Source: Eledone cirrhosa (taxonomy: Eukaryota). Taken from it: a stretch of 64,000 bases of DNA. A program made the translations under genes and the position numbers. The stretch is from the NCBI GenBank assembly GCA_964016885.1, contig OZ024741.1, positions 6,572,001-6,636,000 of the forward strand, in the 5' to 3' direction. Positions 1 through 14,597 of this stretch are shown here, piece by piece. The notes beneath the pieces were generated by a model, which was given only the letters and a program-made list of their open reading frames with translations, was not told the DNA's origin and made no database searches. Each line of letters begins with the position of its first letter. The stretch's first letter is position 1.

Positions 1-706
1 ATAGTTGAAGACAGAGTACCTCAGACAATAGTTGAAGACAGAATACCTCAGACAATAGTTGAAGACAGAGTACCTCAGACAATAGTTGAAGACAGACTAC
101 CTCAGACAATAGTTGAAGACAGACTACCTCAGACAATAGTTGAAGACAGACTACCTCAGACAATAGTTGAAGACAGAGTACCTCAGACAATAGTTGAAGA
201 CAGAGTACCCCAGCCAATGAGAGACAGAATACCTCAGACAATTGTTGAAGACAGAGTACCTCAGACAATAGTTGAAGACAGAGTACCTCAGACAATAGTT
301 GAAGACAGAGTACCTCAGACAATAGTTGAAGACAGAGTACCTCAGACAATAGTTGAAGACAGAGTACCCCAGCCAATGAGAGACAGAATACCTCAGACAA
401 TAGTTGAAGACAGAGTACCTCAGACAATAGTTGAAGACAGAGTACCTCAGACAATAGTTGAAGACAGAGTACCTCAGACAATAGTTGAAGACAGTACCTC
501 AGACAATAGTTGAAGACAGTACCTCAGACAATAGTTGAAGACAGAGTACCTCAGACAATAGTTGAAGACAGAGTACCTCAGACAATAGCTGAAGACAGAG
601 TACCTCAGACAATAGCTGAAGACAGAGTACCTCAGACAATAGCTGAAGACGGAGTACCCCAGACAATAGTTGAAGACAGAGTACCTCAAACAATAGTTGA
701 AGACAG

Positions 707-1826
707 CACCTATTGTCCCAAATGCAAAGTATGGGTGCATAAAAGATGTAGTGGGATTACAGGTAAGCTAACTAAGAATATAGATTTTACATGTGGCCGG
801 TGCTCTGGTGCAATAAGTAGCAGCAAGTGCCCATAGAATACTAGCTGATTCCATTGCACAGATGGTTCTATAGAAATAGTGGACACCTTCCGTTACTTGG
901 GTGACAAAATCAGCAGTGGTGGAGGGTGCTCTAAAAGTACAGTAGCTAGAGTCAGAACTGGATGGAAAAAGTTCAGAGAGCTTATACCACTATTAGCCGC
1001 TAAAGGGTTCTCTCTAAAAATGAAAGGCAGGCTGTATGATGCCTGCATACGCACAGCAATGTTACATGGCAGGGAGACCCGGGCATTGTGTGCAGAGGAT
1101 ATACGTAGACTGGAGAGGAACGAAGCTTGCATGCTCCGCTGGATGTGTAATGGTAATATACGTGAACGGCAAAGCATAAACGAACTAAGGGAAAAATTAG
1201 AAATAAGAGGGATCAGATGTTGTTTACTCGAGAGAAGACTACGTTGGTAAGGTCACGTGATGCGCATGAAAGACGACAGCTGTATAAAAATGTGCAGGGC
1301 AATAAAAATAGACGGTAGTCACGGAGTAGGAAGACACAGAAAAACCTGGGACGACTTGATAAATTCCGACCCCACACACTTACACCTCTCCAAGACAATG
1401 TCACTGGACCGAGATCTTTGGCGCTACACAGTAATTCACCTAAGTACAAAGTGAAACCTACTACAGTCAGTAGGCACCTCTAACAAAAAAACACCCCTGT
1501 TCCACTACCCCCATTCCATCTACACCACCCCTTTCAATGTAAAGTTATGTTGGTACCACAACATCCAGTCCGAAACAAATGAGGTTTTGTAGGTGTCACG
1601 ACGAAAAAACACACAGTCCACGCTGTAATGTGGCCGTGTAGGTAACACGGTAAAAACCTCCCAGTCCAGACTGTAAACGTGGTTGGTGTTAGGAAGGGCA
1701 TCCAGCCGTAGAAAACCCGCCAGACAGTTCTATGCGAGCAAGACAACCACTCTTGCCTCAAGTGGGAAAACTCCCGTCCAAACCCATGCAAGCGTGGAAG
1801 ATGGACGTTAAACGATGATGATGATG
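707..1826 (+). mobile_element. RTE LINE 3' fragment copy 1 (haplotype A, 1120 bp), 5'-truncated, disrupted
   Basis: Encodes RT C-terminal motifs (FRYLGD, GWKKFRELIPLL, KGRLYDAC, GRHRKTW) broken by stops; ends GGACGTTAAAC(GAT)4; flanked by AATAGTTGA[A/T]GACAG. Confidence 0.93.
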
Positions 1827-4663
1827 AATAGTTGATGACAGAGTACCTCAGACAATAGTTGAAGACAGAGTACCCCAGCCAATAAGAGACAGAATACCTC
1901 AGACAATTGTTGAAGACAGAGTACCTCAGACAATAGTTGAAGACAGAGTACCTCAGACAATAGTTGAAGACAGAGTACCTCAGACAATAGTTGAAGACAG
2001 AATACCTCAGATAATAGTTGAAGACAGAATACCTCAGACATTAGTTGAAGACAGAGTACCTCAGACAATAGTTGAAGACAGAGTACCTCAGACAATAAGT
2101 GAAGACAGAGTACCTCAGACAATAGTTGAAGACAGAGTACCTCAGACATTAGTTGAAGACAGAGTACCTCAGACATTAGTTGAAGACAGAGTACCTCAGA
2201 CATTAGTTGAAGACAGAGTACCTCAGACAATAGTTGAAGACAGAGTACCTCAGACAATAGTTGAAGACAGAGTACCTCAGACAATAGTTGAAGACAGAGT
2301 ACCTCAGACAATAGTTGAAGACAGAGTACCCCAGCCAATGAGAGACAGAATACCTCAGATAATTGTTGAAGACAGTGTACCTCAGACAATAGTTGAAGAC
2401 TGAATACCTCAGACAATAGTTGAAGACAGAGTACCTCAGACAATAGTTGAAGACAGAGTACCTCAGACAATAGTTGAAGACAGAATACCTCAGACAATAG
2501 TTGAAGACAGAATACCTCAGACAATAGTTGAAGACAGAGTACCCCAGCCAATGAGAGACAGAATACCTCAGACAATTGTTGAAGACAGAATACCTCAGAC
2601 AATAGTTGAAGACAGAGTACCCCAGCCAATGAGAGACAGAATACCTCGGACAATTGTTGAAGACAGAATACCTCAAACAATAGTTGAAGACAGAGTACCT
2701 CAGACAATAGTTGAAGACAGAGTACCTCAGACAATAGTTGAAGACAGAGTACCTCAGACAATAGTTGAAGACAGAGTACCTCAGACAATAGTTGAAGACA
2801 GAATACCTCAGACAATGGTTGAAGACAGAGTACCTCAGACAATAGTTGAAGACAGAATACCTCAGACAATAGTTGAAGACAGAATACCTCAGACAATAGT
2901 TGAAGACAGAGTACCTCACACAATAGTTGAAGACAGAGTACCCCAGCCAATGAGAGACAGAATACCTCAGACAATAGTTGAAGACAGTACCTCAAACAAT
3001 AGTTGAAAACAGAGTACCTCAGACAATAGTTGAAAACAGAGTACCTCAGACAATAGTTTAAGACAGAGTACCTCAGACAATAGTTTAAGACAGAGTACCT
3101 CAGACAATAGTTTAAGACAGAGTACCCCAGCCAATGAGAGACAGAATACCTCAGACAATTGTTGAAGACAGTGTACCTCAGACAATAGTTTAAGACTGAA
3201 TACCTCAGACAATAGTTGAAGACAGAGTACCTCAGACAATAGTTGAAGACTGAATACCTCAGACAATAGTTGAAGACAAAGTACCTCAGATATTAGTTGA
3301 AGACAGAGTGCCTCAGACAATAGTTGAAGATAGAATACCTCAGACAATAGTTGAAGACTGAATACCTCAGACAATAGTTGAAGACAGAGTACCTCAGACA
3401 ATAGTTGAAGACAGAGTACCTCAGACAATAGTTGAAGACAGAATACCTCAGACAATAGTTGAAGACAGAATACCTCAGACAATAGTTGAAGACAGAGTAC
3501 CTCAGACAATAGTTGAAGACAGAGTACCCCCAGCCAATGAGAGACAGAATACCTTAGACAATAGTTGAAGTCAGACAATAGTTGAAGACAGAGTATCTCA
3601 GACATTAGTTGAAGACAGAGTACCTCAGACAATAGTTGAAGACAGAGTACCTCAGACAATAGTTGAAGACAGTGTACCTCAGACAATAGTTGAAGACAGA
3701 GTACCTCAGACAATAGTTGAAGACAGAGTACCTCAGACAATAGTTGAAGACAGAGTACCTCAGACAATAGTTGAAGACAGAGTACCCCAGCCAATGAGAG
3801 ACAGAATACCTCAGACAATTGTTGAAGACTGAATACCTCAGACAATGGTTGAAGACAGAGTACCTCAGACAATAGTTGAAGACTGAATACCTCAGACAAT
3901 AGTTGAAGACAGAATACCTCAGACAATAGTTGAAGACAGAGTACCTCAGACAATAGTTGATGACAGAATACCTCAGACAATAGTTGAAGACAAAGTACCT
4001 CAGACATTAGTTGAAGACAGAGTACCTCAGACAATAGTTGAAGACAGAATACCTCAGACAATAGTTGAAGACTGAATACCTCAGACAATAGTTGAAGACA
4101 GAGTACCTCAGACAATAGTTGAAGACAGAGTACCTCAGACAATAGTTGAAGACAGAGTACCCCAGACAATAGTTGAAGACAGAGTACCTCAGACAATAGT
4201 TGAAGACAGAGTACCTCAGACAATAGTTGAAGACAGAGTACCTCAGACAATAGTTGAAGACAGAGTACCCCAGCCAATGAGAGACAGAATACCTCAGACA
4301 ATAGTTGAAGACAGAGTACCTCAGACAATAGTTGAAGACTGAATACCTCAGACAATAGTTGAAGACAGAGTACCTCAGACAATAGTTGAAGACAGAATAC
4401 CTCAGACAATAGTTGAAGACAGAATACCTCAGACAATAGTTGAAGACAGAGTACCTCAGACAATAGTTGAAGACAGAGTACCCCCAGCCAATGAGAGACA
4501 GAATACCTTAGACAATAGTTGAAGACAGAGTACCTCAGACAATAGTTGAAGACAGAGTATCTCAGACATTAGTTGAAGACAGAGTACCTCTGACAATATT
4601 TGAAGACAGAGTACCTCAGACAATAGTTGAAGACAGAGTAACTCAAACAATAGTTGAAGACAG

Positions 4664-5799
4664 CACCTATTGTCCCAAATGCAAAGTATGGGTGCATAAA
4701 AGATGTAGTGGGATCACAGGTAAGCTAACTAAGAATATAGATTTTACATGTGGCCGGTGCTCTGGTGCAATAAGTAGCAGCAAGTGCCCATAGAATACTA
4801 GCTGATTCCATTGCACAGATGGTTCTATAGAAATAGTGGACACCTTCCGTTACTTGGGTGACAAAATCAGCAGTGGTGGAGGGTGCTCTAAAAGTACAGT
4901 AGCTAGAGTCAGAACTGGATGGAAAAAGTTCAGAGAGCTTATACCACTATTAGCCGCTAAAGGGTTCTCTCTAAAAATGAAAGGCAGGCTGTATGATGCC
5001 TGCATACGCACAGCAATGTTACATGGCAGGGAGACCCGGGCATTGTGTGCAGAGGATATACGTAGACTGGAGAGGAACGAAGCTTGCATGCTCCGCTGGA
5101 TGTGTAATAGTAATATACGTGAACGGCAAAGCATAAACGAACTAAGGGAAAAATTAGAAATAGAGGGATCAGATGTTGTTTACTCGAGAGAAGACTACGT
5201 TGGTAAGGTCACGTGATGCGCATGAAAGACGACAGCTGTATAAAAATGTGCAGGGCAATAAAAATAGACGGTAGTCACGGAGTAAGCAGACCCAGAAAAA
5301 CCTGGGACGACTTGATAAATTCCGACCTCACACACTTACACCTCTCCAAGACAATGTCACTGGACCGAGATCTTTGGTGCTACACAGTAATTCAGAAGAC
5401 CCGCCTTACCTAAGTATAAAGTGAAACCTACTACAGTCAGTAGGCACCTCTAACTAAAAAACACCTCTGTTCCACTACCCCCATTCCATCCACACCACCC
5501 CTTTCAATGTAAAGTTATGTTGGTACCACAACATCCAGTCCGAATAAAATGAGGTTGTGTAGGTGTCACGACGAAAAAACACACAGTCCACGCTGTAATG
5601 TGGCCGTGTAGGCAACACGGTAAAAACCTCCCAGTCCACACTGTAAACGTGGTTGGTGTTAGGAAGGGCATCCAGCCGTAGAAAACCCGCCAGACAGTCC
5701 TATGCGAGCAAGACAACCACTCTTGCCTAAAGTGGAAAAACTCCCGTCCAAACCCACTCAAGCGTGCAAGATGGACGTTAAACGATAATGATGATGATG
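4664..5799 (+). mobile_element. RTE fragment copy 2 (haplotype B, 1136 bp)
   Basis: Same junctions as copy 1; 1-bp deletion at GAAATAGAGG; retains the 14 bp AGAAGACCCGCCTT; tail GATAAT(GAT)3. Confidence 0.93.
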
Positions 5800-8700
5800 A
5801 ATAGTTGATGACAGAGTACCTCAGACAATAGTTGAAGACAGAGTACGTCAGACAATAGTTGAAGACAGAGTACCTCAGACAATAGTTGAAGACAGAGTAC
5901 CCCAGCCAATGAGAGACAGAATACCTCAGACAATAGTTGAAAACAGAGTACCTCAGACAATAGTTGAAAACAGAGTACCTCAGACATTAGTTGAAGACAG
6001 AGTACCTCAGACATTAGTTGAAGACAGAGTACCTCAGACATTAGTTGAAGACAGAGTACCTCAGACATTAGCTGAAGACAGAGTACCCCAGCCAATGAGA
6101 GACAGAATACCTCAGACAATTGTTGAAAACAGAGTACCTCAGACAATAGTTGAAAACAGAGTACCTCAGACATTAGTTGAAGACAGAGTACCTCAGACAT
6201 TAGTTGAAGACAGAGTACCTCAGACATTAGTTGAAGACAGAGTACCTCAGACATTAGCTGAAGACAGAGTACCCCAGCCAATGAGAGACAGAATACCTCA
6301 GACAATTGTTGAAGACTGAATACCTCAGACAATAGTTGAAGACAGAATACCTCAGACAATAGTTGAAGACAGAGTACCTCAGACAATAGTTGAAGACAGA
6401 ATACCTCAGACAATAGTTGAAGACAAAGTACCTCAGACATTAGTTGAAGACAGAGTACCTCAGACAATAGTTGAAGACAGAATACCTCAGACAATAGTTG
6501 AAGACTGAATACCTCAGACAATAGTTGAAGACAGAGTACCTCAGACAATAGTTGAAGACAGAATACCTCAGACATTAGTTGAAGACAGAGTACCTCAGAC
6601 ATTAGTTGAAGACAGAGTACCTCAGACAATAGTTTAAGACAGAGTACCCCAGCCAATGAGAGACAGAATACCTCAGACAATTGTTGAAGACTGAATACCT
6701 CAGACAATAGTTGAAGACACAATACCTCAGACAATAGTTGAAGACAGAGTACCTCAGACAATAGTTGAAGACAGAGTACCCCAGCCAATGAGAGACAGAA
6801 TACCTCAGACAATAGTTGAAAACGGAGTACCTCAGACAATAGTTGAAAACAGAGTACCTCAGACAATAGTTGAAAACAGAGTACCTCAGACATTAGTTGA
6901 AGACAGAGTACCTCAGACATTAGTTGAAGACAGAGTACCTCAGACAATAGTTTAAGACAGAGTACCCCAGCCAATGAGAGACAGAATACCTCAGACAATT
7001 GTTGAAGACTGAATACCTCAGACAATAGTTGAAGACAGAATACCTCAGACAATAGTTGAAGACAGAGTACCTCAGACAATAGTTGAAGACAGAATACCTC
7101 AGACAATAGTTGAAGACAAAGTACCTCAGACATTAGTTGAAGACAGAGTACCTCAGACAATAGTTGAAGACAGAATACCTCAGACAATAGTTGAAGACTG
7201 AATACCTCAGACAATAGTTGAAGACAGAGTACCTCAGACAATAGTTGAAGACAGAATACCTCAGACAATAGTTGAAGACAGAATACCTCAGACAATAGTT
7301 GAAGACAGAATACCTCAGACAATAGTTGAAGACAGAGTACCTCAGACAATAGTTGAAGACAGAGTACCTCAGACAATAGTTGAAGACAGAGTACCTCAGA
7401 CAATAGTTGAAGACAGAGTACCTCAGACAATAGTTGAAGACAGAGTACCTCAGACAATAGTTGAAGACAGAGTACCTCAGACAATAGTTGAAGACAGAGT
7501 ACCTCAGACAATAGTTGAAGACAGAGTACCTCAGACATTAGTTGAAGACAGAGTACCTCAGACATTAGTTGAAGACAGAGTACCTCAGACATTAGTTGAA
7601 GACAGAGTACCTCAGTCAATAGTTGAAGACAGAGTACCTCAGACAATAGTTGAAGACAGAGTACCTCAGACAATAGTTGAAGACAGAGTACCTCAGACAA
7701 TAGTTTAAGACAGAGTACCTCAGACAATAGTTTAAGACAGAGTACCCCAGCCAATGAGAGACAGAATACCTTAGACAATAGTTGAAGTCAGACAATAGTT
7801 GAAGACAGAGTATCTCAGACATTAGTTGAAGACAGAGTACCTCAGACAATAGTTGAAGACAGAGTACCTCAGACAATAGTTGAAGACAGTGTACCTCAGA
7901 CAATAGTTGAAGACAGAGTACCTCAGACAATAGTTGAAGACAGAGTACCTCAGACAATAGTTGAAGACAGAGTACCTCAGACAATAGTTGAAGACTGAAT
8001 ACCTCAGACAATAGTTGAAGACTGAATACCTCAGACAATAGTTGAAGACAAAGTACCTCAGATATTAGTTGAAGACAGAGTGCCTCAGACAATAGTTGAA
8101 GATAGAATACCTCAGACAATAGTTGAAGACTGAATACCTCAGACAATAGTTGAAGACAGAGTACCTCAGACAATAGTTGAAGACAGAGTACCTCAGACAA
8201 TAGTTGAAGACAGAATACCTCAGACAATAGTTGAAGACAGAATACCTCAGACAATAGTTGAAGACAGAGTACCTCAGACAATAGTTGAAGACAGAGTACC
8301 CCCAGCCAATGAGAGACAGAATACCTTAGACAATAGTTGAAGTCAGACAATAGTTGAAGACAGAGTATCTCAGACATTAGTTGAAGACAGAGTACCTCAG
8401 ACAATAGTTGAAGACAGAGTACCTCAGACAATAGTTGAAGACAGAGTACCCCAGACAATAGTTGAAGACAGAGTACCTCAGACAATAGTTGAAGACAGAG
8501 TACCTCAGACAATAGTTGAAGACAGAGTACCCCAGCCAATGAGAGACAGAATACCTCAGACAATAGTTGAAGACAGAGTACCTCAGACAATAGTTGAAGA
8601 CTGAATACCTCAGACAATAGTTGAAGACAGAGTACCTCAGACAATAGTTGAAGACAGAATACCTCAGACAATAGTTGAAGACAGAATACCTCAGACAATA

Positions 8701-9533
8701 GTTGAAGACAGAGTACCTCAGACAATAGTTGAAGACAGAGTACCCCCAGCCAATGAGAGACAGAGTACCTCAGACAATAGTTGAAGACAGAGTACCTCAG
8801 ACAATAGTTGAAGACAGAGTATCTCAGACATTAGTTGAAGACAGAGTACCTCAGACAATAGTTGAAGACAGAGTACCTCAGACAATAGTTGAAGACAGTG
8901 TACCTCAGACAATAGTTGAAGACAGAGTACCTCAGACAATAGTTGAAGACAGAGTACCTCAGACAATAGTTGAAGACAGAGTACCTCAGACAATAGTTGA
9001 AGACAGAGTACCCCAGCCAATGAGAGACAGAATACCTCAGACAATTGTTGAAGACTGAATACCTCAGACAATGGTTGAAGACAGAGTACCTCAGACAATA
9101 GTTGAAGACAGAGTACCCCAGCCAATGAGAGACAGAATACCTCAGACAATTGTTGAAGACAGAGTACCTCAGACAATAGTTGAAGACAGAGTACCTCAGA
9201 CAATAGTTGAAGACAGAGTACCTCAGACAATAGTTGAAGACAGAGTACCCCAGCCAATGAGAGACAGAATACCTCAGACAATAGTTGAAGACAGAGTACC
9301 TCAGACAATAGTTGAAGACAGAGTACCTCAGACAATAGTTGAAGACAGAGTACCTCAGACAATAGTTGAAGACAGTACCTCAGACAATAGTTGAAGACAG
9401 TACCTCAGACAATAGCTGAAGACAGAGTACCTCAGACAATAGCTGAAGACAGAGTACCTCAGACAATAGCTGAAGACGGAGTACCCCAGACAATAGTTGA
9501 AGACAGAGTACCTCAAACAATAGTTGAAGACAG

Positions 9534-10653
9534 CACCTATTGTCCCAAATGCAAAGTATGGGTGCATAAAAGATGTAGTGGGATTACAGGTAAGCTAACT
9601 AAGAATATAGATTTTACATGTGGCCGGTGCTCTGGTGCAATAAGTAGCAGCAAGTGCCCATAGAATACTAGCTGATTCCATTGCACAGATGGTTCTATAG
9701 AAATAGTGGACACCTTCCGTTACTTGGGTGACAAAATCAGCAGTGGTGGAGGGTGCTCTAAAAGTACAGTAGCTAGAGTCAGAACTGGATGGAAAAAGTT
9801 CAGAGAGCTTATACCACTATTAGCCGCTAAAGGGTTCTCTCTAAAAATGAAAGGCAGGCTGTATGATGCCTGCATACGCACAGCAATGTTACATGGCAGG
9901 GAGACCCGGGCATTGTGTGCAGAGGATATACGTAGACTGGAGAGGAACGAAGCTTGCATGCTCCGCTGGATGTGTAATGGTAATATACGTGAACGGCAAA
10001 GCATAAACGAACTAAGGGAAAAATTAGAAATAAGAGGGATCAGATGTTGTTTACTCGAGAGAAGACTACGTTGGTAAGGTCACGTGATGCGCATGAAAGA
10101 CGACAGCTGTATAAAAATGTGCAGGGCAATAAAAATAGACGGTAGTCACGGAGTAGGAAGACACAGAAAAACCTGGGACGACTTGATAAATTCCGACCCC
10201 ACACACTTACACCTCTCCAAGACAATGTCACTGGACCGAGATCTTTGGCACTACACAGTAATTCACCTAAGTACAAAGTGAAACCTACTACAGTCAGTAG
10301 GCACCTCTAACAAAAAAACACCCCTGTTCCACTACCCCCATTCCATCTACACCACCCCTTTCAATGTAAAGTTATGTTGGTACCACAACATCCAGTCCGA
10401 AACAAATGAGGTTTTGTAGGTGTCACGACGAAAAAACACACAGTCCACGCTGTAATGTGGCCGTGTAGGTAACACGGTAAAAACCTCCCAGTCCAGACTG
10501 TAAACGTGGTTGGTGTTAGGAAGGGCATCCAGCCGTAGAAAACCCGCCAGACAGTTCTATGCGAGCAAGACAACCACTCTTGCCTCAAGTGGGAAAACTC
10601 CCGTCCAAACCCATGCAAGCGTGGAAGATGGACGTTAAACGATGATGATGATG
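9534..10653 (+). mobile_element. RTE fragment copy 3 (haplotype A)
   Basis: Near-identical to copy 1, same junctions. Confidence 0.93.
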
Positions 10654-13461
10654 AATAGTTGATGACAGAGTACCTCAGACAATAGTTGAAGACAGAGTAC
10701 CCCAGCCAATAAGAGACAGAATACCTCAGACAATTGTTGAAGACAGAGTACCTCAGACAATAGTTGAAGACAGAGTACCTCAGACAATAGTTGAAGACAG
10801 AGTACCTCAGACAATAGTTGAAGACAGAATACCTCAGATAATAGTTGAAGACAGAATACCTCAGACATTAGTTGAAGACAGAGTACCTCAGACAATAGTT
10901 GAAGACAGAGTACCTCAGACAATAGGTGAAGACAGAGTACCTCAGACAATAGTTGAAGACAGAGTACCTCAGACATTAGTTGAAGACAGTACCTCAGACA
11001 TTAGTTGAAGACAGAGTACCTCAGTCAATAGTTGAAGACAGAGTACCTCAGACAATAGTTGAAGACAGAGTACCTCAGACAATAGTTGAAGACAGAGTAC
11101 CTCAGACAATAGTTGAAGACAGAGTACCCCAGCCAATGAGAGACAGAATACCTCAGATAATTGTTGAAGACAGTGTACCTCAGACAATAGTTGAAGACTG
11201 AATACCTCAGACAATAGTTGAAGACAGAGTACCTCAGACAATAGTTGAAGACAGAGTACCTCAGACAATAGTTGAAGACAGAATACCTCAGACAATAGTT
11301 GAAGACAGAATACCTCAGACAATAGTTGAAGACAGAATACCTCAGACAATAGTTGAAGACAGAGTACCCCAGCCAATGAGAGACAGAATACCTCAGACAA
11401 TTGTTGAAGACAGAATACCTCAGACAATAGTTGAAGACAGAGTACCCCAGCCAATGAGAGACAGAATACCTCGGACAATTGTTGAAGACAGAATACCTCA
11501 GACAATAGTTGAAGACAGAGTACCTCAGACAATAGTTGAAGACAGAGTACCTCAGACAATAGTTGAAGACAGAGTACCTCAGACAATAGTTGAAGACAGA
11601 ATACCTCAGACAATGGTTGAAGACAGAGTACCTCAGACAATAGTTGAAGACAGAATACCTCAGACAATAGTTGAAGACAGAATACCTCAGACAATAGTTG
11701 AAGACAGAATACCTCAGACAATAGTTGAAGACAGAGTACCTCACACAATAGTTGAAGACAGAGTACCCCAGCCAATGAGAGACAGAATACCTCAGACAAT
11801 AGTTGAAGACAGTACCTCAAACAATAGTTGAAAACAGAGTACCTCAGACAATAGTTGCAAACAGAGTACCTCAGACAATAGTTTAAGACAGAGTACCTCA
11901 GACAATAGTTTAAGACAGAGTACCTCAGACAATAGTTTAAGACAGAGTACCCCAGCCAATGAGAGACAGAATACCTCAGACAATTGTTGAAGACAGTGTA
12001 CCTCAGACAATAGTTTAAGACTGAATACCTCAGACAATAGTTGAAGACAGAGTACCTCAGACAATAGTTGAAGACTGAATACCTCAGACAATAGTTGAAG
12101 ACAAAGTACCTCAGATATTAGTTGAAGACAGAGTGCCTCAGACAATAGTTGAAGATAGAATACCTCAGACAATAGTTGAAGACTGAATACCTCAGACAAT
12201 AGTTGAAGACAGAGTACCTCAGACAATAGTTGAAGACAGAGTACCTCAGACAATAGTTGAAGACAGAATACCTCAGACAATAGTTGAAGACAGAATACCT
12301 CAGACAATAGTTGAAGACAGAGTACCTCAGACAATAGTTGAAGACAGAGTACCCCCAGCCAATGAGAGACAGAATACCTTAGACAATAGTTGAAGTCAGA
12401 CAATAGTTGAAGACAGAGTATCTCAGACATTAGTTGAAGACAGAGTACCTCAGACAATAGTTGAAGACAGAGTACCTCAGACAATAGTTGAAGACAGTGT
12501 ACCTCAGACAATAGTTGAAGACAGAGTACCTCAGACAATAGTTGAAGACAGAGTACCTCAGACAATAGTTGAAGACAGAGTACCTCAGACAATAGTTGAA
12601 GACAGAGTACCCCAGCCAATGAGAGACAGAATACCTCAGACAATTGTTGAAGACTGAATACCTCAGACAATGGTTGAAGACAGAGTACCTCAGACAATAG
12701 TTGAAGACTGAATACCTCAGACAATAGTTGAAGACAGAATACCTCAGACAATAGTTGAAGACAGAGTACCTCAGACAATAGTTGATGACAGAATACCTCA
12801 GACAATAGTTGAAGACAAAGTACCTCAGACATTAGTTGAAGACAGAGTACCTCAGACAATAGTTGAAGACAGAATACCTCAGACAATAGTTGAAGACTGA
12901 ATACCTCAGACAATAGTTGAAGACAGAGTACCTCAGACAATAGTTGAAGACAGAGTACCTCAGACAATAGTTGAAGACAGAGTACCCCAGACAATAGTTG
13001 AAGACAGAGTACCTCAGACAATAGTTGAAGACAGAGTACCTCAGACAATAGTTGAAGACAGAGTACCCCAGCCAATGAGAGACAGAATACCTCAGACAAT
13101 AGTTGAAGACAGAGTACCTCAGACAATAGTTGAAGACTGAATACCTCAGACAATAGTTGAAGACAGAGTACCTCAGACAATAGTTGAAGACAGAATACCT
13201 CAGACAATAGTTGAAGACAGAATACCTCAGACAATAGTTGAAGACAGAGTACCTCAGACAATAGTTGAAGACAGAGTACCCCCAGCCAATGAGAGACAGA
13301 GTACCTCAGACAATAGTTGAAGACAGAGTACCTCAGACAATAGTTGAAGACAGAGTATCTCAGACATTAGTTGAAGACAGAGTACCTCTGACAATATTTG
13401 AAGACAGAGTACCTCAGACAATAGTTGAAGACAGAGTAACTCAAACAATAGTTGAAGACAG

Positions 13462-14597
13462 CACCTATTGTCCCAAATGCAAAGTATGGGTGCATAAAAG
13501 ATGTAGTGGGATCACAGGTAAGCTAACTAAGAATATAGATTTTACATGTGGCCGGTGCTCTGGTGCAATAAGTAGCAGCAAGTGCCCATAGAATACTAGC
13601 TGATTCCATTGCACAGATGGTTCTATAGAAATAGTGGACACCTTCCGTTACTTGGGTGACAAAATCAGCAGTGGTGGAGGGTGCTCTAAAAGTACAGTAG
13701 CTAGAGTCAGAACTGGATGGAAAAAGTTCAGAGAGCTTATACCACTATTAGCCGCTAAAGGGTTCTCTCTAAAAATGAAAGGCAGGCTGTATGATGCCTG
13801 CATACGCACAGCAATGTTACATGGCAGGGAGACCCGGGCATTGTGTGCAGAGGATATACGTAGACTGGAGAGGAACGAAGCTTGCATGCTCCGCTGGATG
13901 TGTAATAGTAATATACGTGAACGGCAAAGCATAAACGAACTAAGGGAAAAATTAGAAATAGAGGGATCAGATGTTGTTTACTCGAGAGAAGACTACGTTG
14001 GTAAGGTCACGTGATGCGCATGAAAGACGACAGCTGTATAAAAATGTGCAGGGCAATAAAAATAGACGGTAGTCACGGAGTAAGCAGACCCAGAAAAACC
14101 TGGGACGACTTGATAAATTCCGACCTCACACACTTACACCTCTCCAAGACAATGTCACTGGACCGAGATCTTTGGTGCTACACAGTAATTCAGAAGACCC
14201 GCCTTACCTAAGTATAAAGTGAAACCTACTACAGTCAGTAGGCACCTCTAACTAAAAAACACCTCTGTTCCACTACCCCCATTCCATCCACACCACCCCT
14301 TTCAATGTAAAGTTATGTTGGTACCACAACATCCAGTCCGAATAAAATGAGGTTGTGTAGGTGTCACGACGAAAAAACACACAGTCCACGCTGTAATGTG
14401 GCCGTGTAGGCAACACGGTAAAAACCTCCCAGTCCACACTGTAAACGTGGTTGGTGTTAGGAAGGGCATCCAGCCGTAGAAAACCCGCCAGACAGTCCTA
14501 TGCGAGCAAGACAACCACTCTTGCCTAAAGTGGAAAAACTCCCGTCCAAACCCACTCAAGCGTGGAAGATGGACGTTAAACGATAATGATGATGATG
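13462..14597 (+). mobile_element. RTE fragment copy 4 (haplotype B)
   Basis: Near-identical to copy 2. Confidence 0.93.

Noticed and set aside
510-836. In-frame fusion of (PQTIVEDRV)n to half a zinc finger as a new gene
   Set aside because: One-in-three chance of being in frame; the finger is incomplete, a TAG follows immediately, and the upstream frame has frequent stops.
893-1791. Short antisense ORFs repeated in every LINE copy
   Set aside because: Shadows of the LINE ORF and UTR, identical only because of recent duplication.
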